A model generated the notes under the pieces. The model was not told where the DNA came from, ran no database searches, and saw only the letters and a program-made list of their open reading frames with translations. Both the position numbers and the translations under genes were made by a program. 64,000 bases of DNA from Acidobacteriaceae bacterium (GTDB taxonomy: Bacteria > Acidobacteriota > Terriglobia > Terriglobales > Acidobacteriaceae), in NCBI GenBank assembly GCA_030038195.1, contig JASHPJ010000132.1, positions 23,529 through 87,528 of the forward strand. Direction: 5' to 3'. Positions 9,782 through 19,969 of the stretch are shown here, piece after piece (positions within the stretch are counted from its first letter, which is position 1; each line of letters starts with the position of its first letter).

Positions 9782-11119
9782 ATGACCGAAGAAAGTTCCA
9801 CTCCTCTTGCCACCATTGCTGATATCGGCCGGTATGAAGGCCAGTCCGTCACCCTGCACGGCTGGCTTTATAACCTGCGCGAGTCGGGCAAGCTGCTCTT
9901 TCCCATCTTTCGCGACGGGACGGGGACGATTCAGGGCGTCGCTCATGTGAAAAGCGTGCCTTCTGAGGTCTTTGATGCGCTCAAAGGGCTCACGCAGGAG
10001 TCGAGCGTCATTGTTACGGGAAAAGTGCGCGCGGATAAGCGCGCGCCGGGTGGATACGAGCTCGATGTGGAGAACCTGCAGGTGGTGCACCGGGTTCCGG
10101 AGAGCGATCCGTACCCGATCACGCTCAAGGAGCACGGGGTCGATTTCCTGATGGAGCACCGGCACCTATGGGTGCGTACACCGCGGCAGTCAGCCATCCT
10201 GCGTATCCGCGCGGAGATCATGCGCGCGGCGGCAGAGTACTTTGACCGGAACGGCTTCGTCCGCACCGATCCGCCCATCCTGACGCCGGCGGCCTGCGAG
10301 GGTACCTCGACGCTCTTCCCGGTGGACTACTTCGGCGCCCCGGCGTTTCTCACGCAATCCGGCCAGCTTTATATCGAGTCGACGGCTCTCGCGCTGGGCA
10401 AGGTATACAGCTTCGGACCCACCTTCCGGGCCGAGAAGTCGAAGACGCGTCGGCACTTGACCGAGTTCTGGATGATCGAGCCGGAGGTCGCCTTCATGGA
10501 TCTCGACGGGCTGCTGGAACTGGCCGAGAACTTCCTCTCGCACATTGTGCAGTCGGTGCTGAAGAACTGCGCGGCCGACCTGGCGGTGATCGGGCGGGAT
10601 GCGGAAAAGCTGAGGCACATCGTCCCGCCGTTCCCGCGGCTGCGCTACGACGAGGCGGCCGAGATGCTCAACCAGGCGCACCGGGACGGCCATTTGGAGC
10701 AACCCTTCGAGTACGGCAACGACTTCGGGTCGCCGGACGAAACCTGGCTGAGCGCGCAGTTTGACCGCCCGGTGATGGTGCACCGCTACCCGGCCAACGT
10801 GAAGGCTTTCTACATGGAGCCCGATCCGCAGGACCCGAAGTATGCGCTGTGCGTGGACGTGCTGGCGCCGGAGGGTTACGGCGAGATCATCGGCGGCTCG
10901 CAGCGCGTGTCGAGCTTTGAGCTGCTCAAGAGCCGCATCGAGCACCACAACCTGCCCATCGAGGCTTTCCAGTGGTACCTCGACCTGCGCCGCTACGGCA
11001 GCGTGCCCCACGCAGGCTTCGGCATGGGCATCGAGCGCGCCGTGGCGTGGATCTGCGGCCTGGAGCACGTGCGCGAGACGATTCCCTTCGCGCGCACGCT
11101 GCACAGGATCTATCCCTAG
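9782..11119 (+). CDS. asnS: Asparagine--tRNA ligase
   Basis: OB-fold N-terminus, class II motifs [29 protein letters not shown] and [11 protein letters not shown]. Confidence 0.95.
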   Translation: MTEESSTPLATIADIGRYEGQSVTLHGWLYNLRESGKLLFPIFRDGTGTIQGVAHVKSVPSEVFDALKGLTQESSVIVTGKVRADKRAPGGYELDVENLQVVHRVPESDPYPITLKEHGVDFLMEHRHLWVRTPRQSAILRIRAEIMRAAAEYFDRNGFVRTDPPILTPAACEGTSTLFPVDYFGAPAFLTQSGQLYIESTALALGKVYSFGPTFRAEKSKTRRHLTEFWMIEPEVAFMDLDGLLELAENFLSHIVQSVLKNCAADLAVIGRDAEKLRHIVPPFPRLRYDEAAEMLNQAHRDGHLEQPFEYGNDFGSPDETWLSAQFDRPVMVHRYPANVKAFYMEPDPQDPKYALCVDVLAPEGYGEIIGGSQRVSSFELLKSRIEHHNLPIEAFQWYLDLRRYGSVPHAGFGMGIERAVAWICGLEHVRETIPFARTLHRIYP

Positions 11120-11188
11120 TACCGTGACTTCGTGGTTTCGTAACCCAATCCACAAGACTTGGGGCACAAATCCACATGGTCACGGTAT
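11119..11188. mobile_element. 70-bp MITE-like element (type C, short form)
   Basis: TIR GTACCGTGAC / GTCACGGTAT (9/10), flanked by TA on both sides. The left TA is part of the asnS TAG stop. A second copy is at 13319. Confidence 0.75.
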
Positions 11189-11334
11189 TAGTTGCCAGTG
11201 GTCGGTGATCCGTTGCCGGCGGGGTTGGGTTCGCGTATCTCAACCTGTGCTGACCGGGACGTTGATACGGCCAGAAAATCTTCTAGTGTTTGCACTGCGT
11301 CCGGATGTATATTCCTCGCAATCTGCCCGGAGGC

Positions 11335-12315
11335 ATGCGAACTATGTTTGGATCCGACGTTCTGGACATCGTCATCGGGATGGTGTTTATTTTCCTGCTG
11401 CTCAGCCTGATCTGTTCAGCGCTGAATGAGTTCATCGAAACCTTGGTGAAAAACCGCGCGCGCGATCTGGAAAGAGGAATCCGCGAGCTGATTGGCGACC
11501 CGAAGGACACAACCAACTTTGTCGACGAAATCTACAACCACGGGCTGGTAAACTCGCTCTTCAAGGGCAAGTACTCACCCACCAGGAAAAGCAATCTGCC
11601 CTCGTACATTCCGTCAGCCAACTTTGCGATGGCGGTGATCGATCTGATCGAGAATCCGCCGACGGCCGGGATCAAGCTGCCCGATAACGTGAAGACAGCC
11701 TATGACATCTTCAAGCGGCAGGCTGCAGGCGATGCGGCCAAGCTGCAGGCCAGCCTGGAAGACTGGTACGATACGGGCATGGACCGGGTTTCCGGCTGGT
11801 ACAAGCGCCGCGCGCAGTGGATTCTGGTGATACTTGGGTTTGCGGTTGCGGTCGCGGTGAATGCCGACGCGATTCTTATCGCTCAAACGCTCTCCAACGA
11901 CGCCACTCTTCGCAAGGGACTGGTGGCCATGGCGCAGGCGAAGGCGAATCAGCCGCCTTCGAGCGTGCCGGCCGTCACGCAACCCGCCACGCAGCCGGCG
12001 AACGGCGCTGGAGGGACAAGCCTGCCTGCAACTGCGACCAGCCCGTCGCTCGGCAGCAACGTGGACCAGATTCAGCAGTATGTTGGGCAACTCAATCAGA
12101 TTGGGGTGCCGTTCGGCTGGCACCCGTCGGCTGCGGCCCAGCGGGAGGGCTTGGTGAAGCATGCCTTCCGCGTGGCTCCGCACGAGGTAAAGCGGCATGG
12201 CATCGGATGGCTGCTGACGGCCCTTGCCATCTCGATGGGCGCGCCCTTCTGGTTCGACCTGCTGGACAAGATCATCTCCGTCCGCACCGCGCTGAAGCCG
12301 CAGACTGAGAATTGA
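11335..12315 (+). CDS. Conserved uncharacterised membrane protein (PSYIP...WYKR...NAD...GAPFWFDLL family)
   Basis: ORF with GGAGG RBS, N-terminal TM helix, central and C-terminal TM segments and a Pro/Ala/Thr-rich linker. Start 11335 or 11344. Confidence 0.75.
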   Translation: MRTMFGSDVLDIVIGMVFIFLLLSLICSALNEFIETLVKNRARDLERGIRELIGDPKDTTNFVDEIYNHGLVNSLFKGKYSPTRKSNLPSYIPSANFAMAVIDLIENPPTAGIKLPDNVKTAYDIFKRQAAGDAAKLQASLEDWYDTGMDRVSGWYKRRAQWILVILGFAVAVAVNADAILIAQTLSNDATLRKGLVAMAQAKANQPPSSVPAVTQPATQPANGAGGTSLPATATSPSLGSNVDQIQQYVGQLNQIGVPFGWHPSAAAQREGLVKHAFRVAPHEVKRHGIGWLLTALAISMGAPFWFDLLDKIISVRTALKPQTEN

Positions 12316-12684
12316 CAGAGGCAGCGAGTCGGCCAGCGAGCGAAGGAACGGGGATAGATACGCTTTTCTGCGCTTGCGATTCGCTGCGATCGATTCGCTG
12401 CGATGTGGACCGGTTCTTTTTCGCGTGCAACTGCGTTCGAGCGAAACCAGAGTGAGTGTGTCCTGTGGAGAGCCGTGCCAGGTTACCGCTGCCTGCCGGT
12501 CGCGCTCACAAGCCATAACCGTATGGTTATGAGCTGTCAAGAGCGACATGCAGGGAATTTCCGGCTTGAATACAGCAGATATTCGTTGCAACAACTTTCT
12601 GCTGGGATGCGGGAATCCTGGGGGAGAGTGTGGAATCCTTAAAAGAGAGTCTTTTCTACTTTTTGAGATCTGCGGAGATTGGTT

Positions 12685-13305
12685 ATGGCGTTGAGCGCCG
12701 GTGAGGTAAGAAAGATCAAGAAGGCGGCGGTGGTGGATGGGGTGCTGCCGATCTTCCATGAGCGGTGGAGCGCGCGGGCGTTTGCGGATCGGGACGTGGC
12801 GCAGGAAGATCTGAAGCGGGCGTTCGAGGCGGCGCGGTGGGCGGCCTCGAGCAACAACGAGCAGCCATGGCGGTTTGTAGTGGGACGGCGCGGGACGGCG
12901 ACGCACGAGAAGATTCGGGAGTCGCTGACGGGATTCAACCAGGCATGGGCGGGGAAGGCCCCGGTACTGATTCTGGGAGTGGCGAAGACGCGATTTTCGC
13001 ATAACGATGGGCCGAACGGGTATGCGCTGTATGACCTGGGAGCGGCGAGCTCGTATCTGACGCTGCAGGCAGCGGCGCTGGGGATGACGACGCACCAGAT
13101 GGCGGGGTTCGACCGGGCAAAGGCGCGGGAGCGGCTGGGGATTCCGGAGGGGTACGAGTTTGGCGTGGTGATTGCGCTGGGATATCAGGGTGAGCCGGAG
13201 TCGCTGGGGAACGAGGAACTGATCCGGCGGGAGACGGCGCCCCGGCAGCGCAGGGGACTGGCGGAGATTGTGTTTGCGGAGTGGGGCAAGGCGATGGAGT
13301 GGTGA
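12685..13305 (+). CDS. Nitroreductase family protein
   Basis: ERWSARAF, AASSNNEQPWRF and GMTTHQMAGFD motifs. Confidence 0.9.
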   Translation: MALSAGEVRKIKKAAVVDGVLPIFHERWSARAFADRDVAQEDLKRAFEAARWAASSNNEQPWRFVVGRRGTATHEKIRESLTGFNQAWAGKAPVLILGVAKTRFSHNDGPNGYALYDLGAASSYLTLQAAALGMTTHQMAGFDRAKARERLGIPEGYEFGVVIALGYQGEPESLGNEELIRRETAPRQRRGLAEIVFAEWGKAMEW

Positions 13306-13318
13306 GCGAGCGGAGTCA

Positions 13319-13437
13319 GTACCGTGACTTTGTGGTTTCGTAATCCAATCCACAAGACTTGGGTGCCCAGGTCTTCCGCCGTGGCGGACCGCGGCGGATG
13401 AGACCTGGGAAAGCACAAATCCACATGGTCACGGAGC
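13319..13437. mobile_element. 119-bp MITE-like element (type C) carrying a 49-bp REP-like hairpin
   Basis: Collinear with 11119-11188 except for an extra TGCCCAGGTCTTCCGCCGTGGCGGACCGCGGCGGATGAGACCTGGGAAA. Right flank TA, left flank CA. Confidence 0.75.
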
Positions 13438-13483
13438 TAGTGGGGCTTGCGACGTTAGTGAATAGCGGGGTCAGGAGCGTGCT

Positions 13484-13541
13484 TTCCCCGATCTTCCGCG
13501 GCCGTCTGCCACGGTCTGCCGCGGCGGAAACGGGGACACCC
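13484..13541. repeat. Degenerate REP-like hairpin (CCCCG...CGGGGACACCC)
   Basis: Imperfect inverted repeat containing TCTGCCGCGGCGGA and ending GGGGACACCC, like the other REP copies. Confidence 0.55.
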
Positions 13542-13565
13542 ATTGTCGTGCCGGGTTGAGTTCCT

Positions 13566-14348
13566 TTGGGATCAGGGGTACTGGGTGAATGGGAAGCGTG
13601 CAACAGGGTAAAGTGGAGGGGGAGGCGGTGTGCGCGGGTGAGTCTTGCTCCCTCACGAGGTTCTGGCGTTCAGCGAAGGCGCGGACCGGCGCGGCGGAGT
13701 CCGCACCGGCGGACGGCGGCTGGGCGGCGCAGGAGCCGGCTGGGAGGACGTGGGCGCGCGGTGGTGGCTGCGGCGCTGCTGGGGGTCGGGCTGTGGGTAT
13801 GGGCCTACGCGGCGCGACGGCTGGCTCCCGAGGGAAATACCGGCCAGGCGCGCTTTGACGCGATTGTGGTGCTGGGCGATCCGGCGGACTCGGATGGGAA
13901 TCCGACGCCGACGGAGCTGGCGCGGGTAACCGAGGCGGTGCACGAATATGAGCGCGGAGTGGCGGCGCACCTGATCTTTACCGGCGGAGCGGTGCACAAC
14001 CGGTTTGTGGAGGCGCAGGTGATGGCACGGACGGCCGAGGCGCAGGGCATTCCGGAGCCGGCCGTAGTGATGGAACCGGCGGCGCGGGACACGATGGAGA
14101 ATGCCTGCTACGCGGTGCGGCTGATGCGCGCGCGGGGGTGGGAGTCGGCGGAGGTGGTGTCGAGCCCGTGGCATTTGCAGCGGGCGGGGCTGATCTTCAG
14201 CCGGATGCCGATCCGATGGCGGGTGCACGGCGCGCCGGCGGTGGAACCGGAGTCGGGGATGGATCAAGAGGCCGCGGGGTTCTTGGAAACGCTCAAGACA
14301 GTGCGATATCTGGTCTGGGGCCGTCCAATAGAACAATGCGAGCCATAG
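13566..14348 (+). CDS. YdcF/DUF218 (ElyC/SanA-like) family protein
   Basis: FDAIVVLG, LIFTGG, EA..MA, ARDTMENA and VVSSPWHLQRA motifs after an N-terminal TM helix. True start is uncertain and probably downstream of 13566. Confidence 0.82.
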   Translation: MGSGVLGEWEACNRVKWRGRRCARVSLAPSRGSGVQRRRGPARRSPHRRTAAGRRRSRLGGRGRAVVAAALLGVGLWVWAYAARRLAPEGNTGQARFDAIVVLGDPADSDGNPTPTELARVTEAVHEYERGVAAHLIFTGGAVHNRFVEAQVMARTAEAQGIPEPAVVMEPAARDTMENACYAVRLMRARGWESAEVVSSPWHLQRAGLIFSRMPIRWRVHGAPAVEPESGMDQEAAGFLETLKTVRYLVWGRPIEQCEP

Positions 14349-14420
14349 ACAGAGATCAGGGGCCTGGTTTCAGAGGTCAGATGCGGTTGGAGAACACCGG
14401 CCTGGTGAGGATTGGTGTTT

Positions 14421-14463
14421 TCCCGCCCTTTCGGCTGGAGAACGCCGAAAGGATGGGGCACGG
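14421..14463. repeat. REP-like element (CCCTT-hairpin-AAGGATGGGGCAC family)
   Basis: CCCTTTCGGC-TGGAGAAC-GCCGAAAGGATGGGGCAC. Same frame as 27079-27123. Confidence 0.65.
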
Positions 14464-14527
14464 AAGAGCCGGGAAATTGGCGGATGGGCGCGTTGTCGCT
14501 CGCCGGTATGGTCCTGTAAGCTGGAGG

Positions 14528-15265
14528 ATGATGCGCCTTTCCGTAAGATTTTACCCCTGCATTGTTGCCGCTTTTGCTTTCGCCCTGCTGGCGGGAGCGA
14601 GCGCGAAAGCCCAGAGCTCGAGCAGCTCAAACACGAGCCTCCAGACCGACGCACAGACGGCTGCGAACGGGACGTATATCGCTATCGACCCGCTGGCCAA
14701 CGTGCGGTATGACAACCGCTGGGATATGTCGCTGGAGATGGCCTACCAGCACATCAAGGCCGGTCCCAACGTGCTCGAGGGCGCGAACCTGGGCGGACTG
14801 AACCTTTCGGCTTCGTACTGGCTGACGAAGCGGTGGGGCATTGAAGGCAGCGGACGCGGCTTTCTGGGCACCAGCGGCGTGGGCCAGCCGAATGCGCTCA
14901 ATATCAAGGGACCGTTCATCAGCGAGTACTTCTTTACGGCCGGGCCGGAGTGGCTGGGTCCACACAACAAGCATGGCGCGCTGATTGCGCACGTGCTGGT
15001 GGGTGGCGTCTACGGCGACTTTGAGGGCGGCCTGCAGGGACAGAATGCAAGCTACGTGGCGTTCTATAACAACCAGGTGGCCCCGGCGGTGATCATGGGC
15101 GGGCACTTTGACCTGAACCGCTCGGCACACTGGGTGTTCCGCATCACCACTGACGCGGCAATGACGCATTACGGCACAAACTACGGCGCAAAGATCGCGC
15201 AGTGGGACATCAATACCGGCGTATCGGTGGGCATACAGTACAAGTTCACCAAGATCAAGCGGTAA
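14528..15265 (+). CDS. Putative outer membrane beta-barrel protein
   Basis: Signal peptide (ASAKAQ), amphipathic beta strands and C-terminal GIQYKF. Confidence 0.7.
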   Translation: MMRLSVRFYPCIVAAFAFALLAGASAKAQSSSSSNTSLQTDAQTAANGTYIAIDPLANVRYDNRWDMSLEMAYQHIKAGPNVLEGANLGGLNLSASYWLTKRWGIEGSGRGFLGTSGVGQPNALNIKGPFISEYFFTAGPEWLGPHNKHGALIAHVLVGGVYGDFEGGLQGQNASYVAFYNNQVAPAVIMGGHFDLNRSAHWVFRITTDAAMTHYGTNYGAKIAQWDINTGVSVGIQYKFTKIKR

Positions 15266-15286
15266 AAAGCCGACAAGAATAGATGC

Positions 15287-15316
15287 ATGGCCCGGATGCA
15301 GAAAGCTCCGGGCCAT
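15287..15316 (+). terminator. Stem-loop downstream of the OMP gene, possible terminator
   Basis: Perfect 10-bp stem ATGGCCCGGA / TCCGGGCCAT with only a weak U tract. Confidence 0.45.
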
Positions 15317-15566
15317 TCGTATTTGCTCGCCGCATCTCCTGCGGGCTGTGCGGCAGATGCGTGCGCACGCGCTAAGCCAGGCGCTCCGGATGCGGCATTC
15401 CCAATCCAGAATGAAGCGGGATGAGGTGGGCGCAGGCTTGACCGGGTGTGGTATCCTCCTGCGTTCGGTGACGCTTGTGGAAAAGTGCCGCTAAAGAATA
15501 TGCTGTTTCGGATTGCGGCATCGGCGCACATGTCCCGAATATTCGAGGCGGGGGTGAAGGCGGTCC

Positions 15567-16826
<1,260 letters not shown>

Positions 16827-16908
16827 GCGGCCGCGTCGTGCGTATCTGCGCATTGTTTAGCGCTTCAGACCAATTTGCTTTAGGAGCTGAGCATCGAGTG
16901 CTGCTTAA

Positions 16909-17046
16909 GGCGGGTGGCCCAGAGCTTGAAGATGCAAATTGGATCACAAGACAAGGGTGCCCCAGGTCTCGTCCGCCGCGGCGGACGAGACCTGGGGCAC
17001 CCATTTTCGTGCTGGATTGAATGCCTCAAGCCCTGGGCCACCCGCC
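16909..17046. mobile_element. 138-bp inverted-repeat-bounded element (type F) enclosing a perfect 48-bp palindrome
   Basis: Ends GGCGGGTGGCCCAGAGCTTGA / TCAAGCCCTGGGCCACCCGCC (20/21). Internal 16955-17002 is a perfect palindrome. No clear TSD. Confidence 0.7.
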
Positions 17047-17112
17047 CTGGGCGAGCCTGGGCGAGGTTTTCCATGACGGCCACGCAGGCGTCCATTGCTG
17101 CGCCTGCCCAGG

Positions 17113-17138
17113 GGAACCAATCGAAGAAACCTGCCGTA
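17113..17138 (+). promoter_or_regulatory. Putative ECF-sigma promoter (autoregulatory)
   Basis: GGAACC (17113-17118), N16, CGTA (17135-17138), 10 nt before the ATG at 17149 of the ECF sigma gene. Confidence 0.6.
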
Positions 17139-17148
17139 TTAAACCCGT

Positions 17149-17964
17149 ATGCAGTGCGTGGGTACATTAAGCTGGAACGTGATAGGGCTGGCGAGCCGGT
17201 CCATAGCGCCGCGGGCGCCTGCGGTGCGGTTGGTTGCGCCTTCGGCCCGGCGCGACGCCGGTGCGGATGAGGCCGGGAGGCTTCGGCGCGGCGGTGGCCC
17301 GGAGGCCGGCAACCCCGACACACCCAAGGCCGCAGCGCCTGGGATGCTGGCAACGCGCGTGGAGGGCAGCAAGCTGGAGACCGACTGGTCCCAAATCGTC
17401 CGCCGTTGCATGAGCGGGGATTCCGGCGCGTGGGCCGAGATGGTGCGCACGCAGCATAAGCGCGTGTACTCGCTCTGCTACCGGTTTACGGGCAACGCCA
17501 CCGACGCTGAGGATCTGACGCAGGACGTCTTTCTCAAGATTTACTCCAACCTGGCCAGCTTTGACGCGGGACGCGGCAGTTTGCCGGTATGGATCACCAC
17601 CATGACGCGGAATCTGCTCGTGGACAACTTCCGGCGTACACGGAATCAGCGGGCTACGTCTTCTTTAGATGAGGGCTGGGAGCAGGCGGAGGATCTGAAG
17701 CCGGTGGACCGGTTAACAGCCAGAGGCCCTTCGCAGCACGATCTGGCGGCGCAAAAAGAACTGGCGCGGATGGTGCAGGACGCGCTGGCCAAGGTCTCGG
17801 TGGAACTGCGCGAGGCGGTGATTTTAAGGGATTTACAGGATATGGATTATAAAGAGATCGCCCAGGTGCTGGGCATACCCGAAGGGACGGTCAAGTCCCG
17901 CATCAGCAGAGGACGCGCGGAACTGGCGCGGCTGCTGGAACGTAATAGACGGGAGGTGATGTAA
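17149..17964 (+). CDS. ECF (sigma-70 group 4) RNA polymerase sigma factor
   Basis: Region 2 DAEDLTQDVFLKIY...WITTMTRN and region 4 YKEIAQVLGIPEGTVKSRISRGR. Possible ~65-aa N-terminal extension. Confidence 0.92.
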   Translation: MQCVGTLSWNVIGLASRSIAPRAPAVRLVAPSARRDAGADEAGRLRRGGGPEAGNPDTPKAAAPGMLATRVEGSKLETDWSQIVRRCMSGDSGAWAEMVRTQHKRVYSLCYRFTGNATDAEDLTQDVFLKIYSNLASFDAGRGSLPVWITTMTRNLLVDNFRRTRNQRATSSLDEGWEQAEDLKPVDRLTARGPSQHDLAAQKELARMVQDALAKVSVELREAVILRDLQDMDYKEIAQVLGIPEGTVKSRISRGRAELARLLERNRREVM

Positions 17965-17967
17965 ACC

Positions 17968-18807
17968 ATGACAGAGCGCACACACATTCCGAGCTCTCCG
18001 GCCTGCGGGCAGTGGGAGACCCTTTTAGCGGATGCGCTCGACGGGCTGCTGAAGCCTGAAGACGAGGCCACGTTTACGGCGCACATGGCTACCTGCCCGA
18101 ACTGCGCGGCGCTGTTTGAGGAGGCGCGCCGCGGCCGGGAGTGGCTGGAGTTTCTCTCGCCCGAGCCCGAGGTTCCGGCAGGCCTGCTGGACAGGATCCT
18201 GGCGCATACGGGTCCGGGGCACGAGGCGGAGTTTGAGCTGGTGGCTGTGGGCAGCGTAGCGCCGCTGCCGCAGATGACAGTGCCGGCGTGGCAGAAGCCG
18301 GGGTTCATGGCATTCGTTCGGCGGTTTGCCGAGCCGCGGCTGATGATGACGGCGGCGATGGCGTTCTTTTCGATCGCGCTCACGCTGAACATGACCGGCG
18401 TGCGGCTGACGAGCGTGCGGCTCTCTGACCTGCGGCCGACGGCGGTACGGTCGTTCATGGAGCGGCAGTTGACGATGGCGTCGGTGCCGATCATCCGCTA
18501 CTACGATCACCTGCGCTTTGTGTACGAAGTGGAATCGAAGGTGCGGCAACTGCGCGGCACGCCGGAGGACCAGACCAACGGCGGCCAGAACAACGCGCAG
18601 CCGGCCCAGCCGGGCGAGTCAAGACAGAACGCGCCGCGCAAGGATGGAGGGTCGCGGGTGGACCCTCCGCAGGGGTCGGGCAGCCCGGCCGTTGATGGTT
18701 TTGGCGATTATTTAGAGGCTTCGCTGACTGACAGAAACCTGACCGCGCATTCCGGCGGCTCCGCAGCACTGGCAAGACGGGAAAGGAGCAGGGTATGGAC
18801 TGCGTAA
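17968..18807 (+). CDS. Zinc-binding (ZAS/zf-HC2) membrane anti-sigma factor
   Basis: HMATCPNC (HxxxCxxC) motif and one TM helix, immediately after the sigma gene. Confidence 0.88.
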   Translation: MTERTHIPSSPACGQWETLLADALDGLLKPEDEATFTAHMATCPNCAALFEEARRGREWLEFLSPEPEVPAGLLDRILAHTGPGHEAEFELVAVGSVAPLPQMTVPAWQKPGFMAFVRRFAEPRLMMTAAMAFFSIALTLNMTGVRLTSVRLSDLRPTAVRSFMERQLTMASVPIIRYYDHLRFVYEVESKVRQLRGTPEDQTNGGQNNAQPAQPGESRQNAPRKDGGSRVDPPQGSGSPAVDGFGDYLEASLTDRNLTAHSGGSAALARRERSRVWTA

Positions 18808-19649
18808 ATCACAGCGGGGTCAATGCGACCGCGTATTGCCAGAACTGCGGCAAAGCGCTGTGCGGCGCGTGCGTGAAGACCGCGCCGGGAGGACAGATCC
18901 TGTGCGAGCCCTGCTGGACGGCATGGCATAACGTGCAGCCCCCGTATACGGGAGGCTATACCGGCACGCCGAACCCGGCGGTGGCCGCGGCGCTGGGCAT
19001 CATTCCCGGCGTAGGCGCAATGTATAACGGCCAGTTTCTCAAGGGGTTTGTGCACGTCTTCATCTTCGCGGTGCTGGTGAGCACGGCGGGGCGCTACCCG
19101 ATCTTCGGGCTGTTCATTGCCGCCTGGGTCATCTACCAGGCCTTCGAAGCGTTTCATGTAGCCAAGGCGCGGCGCGACGGGCAGCCGCTGCCCGATCCGC
19201 TGGGGCTGAACGAGATCAGCAACTGGCTCAACCTGAGCGGACACCAGCAGAATCCCCCGCCGCCAGCGGGCGTAGGGACGGGCGCAGCGAATACGGGACA
19301 AAGTGCCGGCTTCTCCAGCGCCTCCGGGGCGTATCAGGCTCCGCCGCAGACGCCGCCCTGGCAGCCGCCCTATCAAGGAACAGGACAGGGACAGGCCGGC
19401 GGGCCGGGGTATCCGAATCCGGGATTTCCGCCCATTCCGCCGGTGCCGCCGCCACCGCCGCTCTATTGGAGACGCAAGGAGCCGGTAGGCGCGGTGATTC
19501 TGATCGGGCTGGGGCTGCTGTTCCTGCTGGGGCAACTGGATCTTTTCTCCGGACGCGTGTTTGAGTTCGCATGGCCGCTGCTGTTGATCGGGCTGGGCCT
19601 GTGGATGGTCGTCCGGCATGTGCAGGACTCGCAAGGAGGTCCGAAATGA
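18795..19649 (+). CDS. B-box zinc-finger membrane protein with C-terminal DUF5668/LiaF-TM-like segment
   Basis: CVNH...CQNCGKALCGAC...CEPC, TM hairpin (LGIIPGVGAMYNGQ), Pro-rich linker, GAVILIGLGLLFLL...WPLLLIGLG. Confidence 0.75.
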   Translation: MDCVNHSGVNATAYCQNCGKALCGACVKTAPGGQILCEPCWTAWHNVQPPYTGGYTGTPNPAVAAALGIIPGVGAMYNGQFLKGFVHVFIFAVLVSTAGRYPIFGLFIAAWVIYQAFEAFHVAKARRDGQPLPDPLGLNEISNWLNLSGHQQNPPPPAGVGTGAANTGQSAGFSSASGAYQAPPQTPPWQPPYQGTGQGQAGGPGYPNPGFPPIPPVPPPPPLYWRRKEPVGAVILIGLGLLFLLGQLDLFSGRVFEFAWPLLLIGLGLWMVVRHVQDSQGGPK

Positions 19650-19969
19650 ACCGCTATATCCTGATTCACCGCCTGCGTGCACCGGCCGTTCTGCTGCTGA
19701 TTGGCGTGCTTGCGCTGATGGATCAGACGGGGTTGATCAGCCACTTCTGGGGCTGGTTCTGGCCGCTGCTGATGATCCTGATCGGGGCGCTGCTGCTAGC
19801 CGAGCGCGCGGCGCTGGCTGCGGAAGATTACTACCCGCCGCAACCGTATCCGGGAACTCCGTATCCGGGCGCGCAGCCCGGTATGGCGCAGGTGGCACAG
19901 CCAGGAACGGCGATTGTGCCAGCCGGTTCGGGCGACTTCCACAATGGCGGGAACGGAGGCCAGCTATGA
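19646..19969 (+). CDS. Small DUF5668/LiaI-LiaF-like membrane protein
   Basis: ATGA overlaps at both ends. LLLIGVLALM...WPLLMILIG pattern. Confidence 0.7.
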   Translation: MNRYILIHRLRAPAVLLLIGVLALMDQTGLISHFWGWFWPLLMILIGALLLAERAALAAEDYYPPQPYPGTPYPGAQPGMAQVAQPGTAIVPAGSGDFHNGGNGGQL

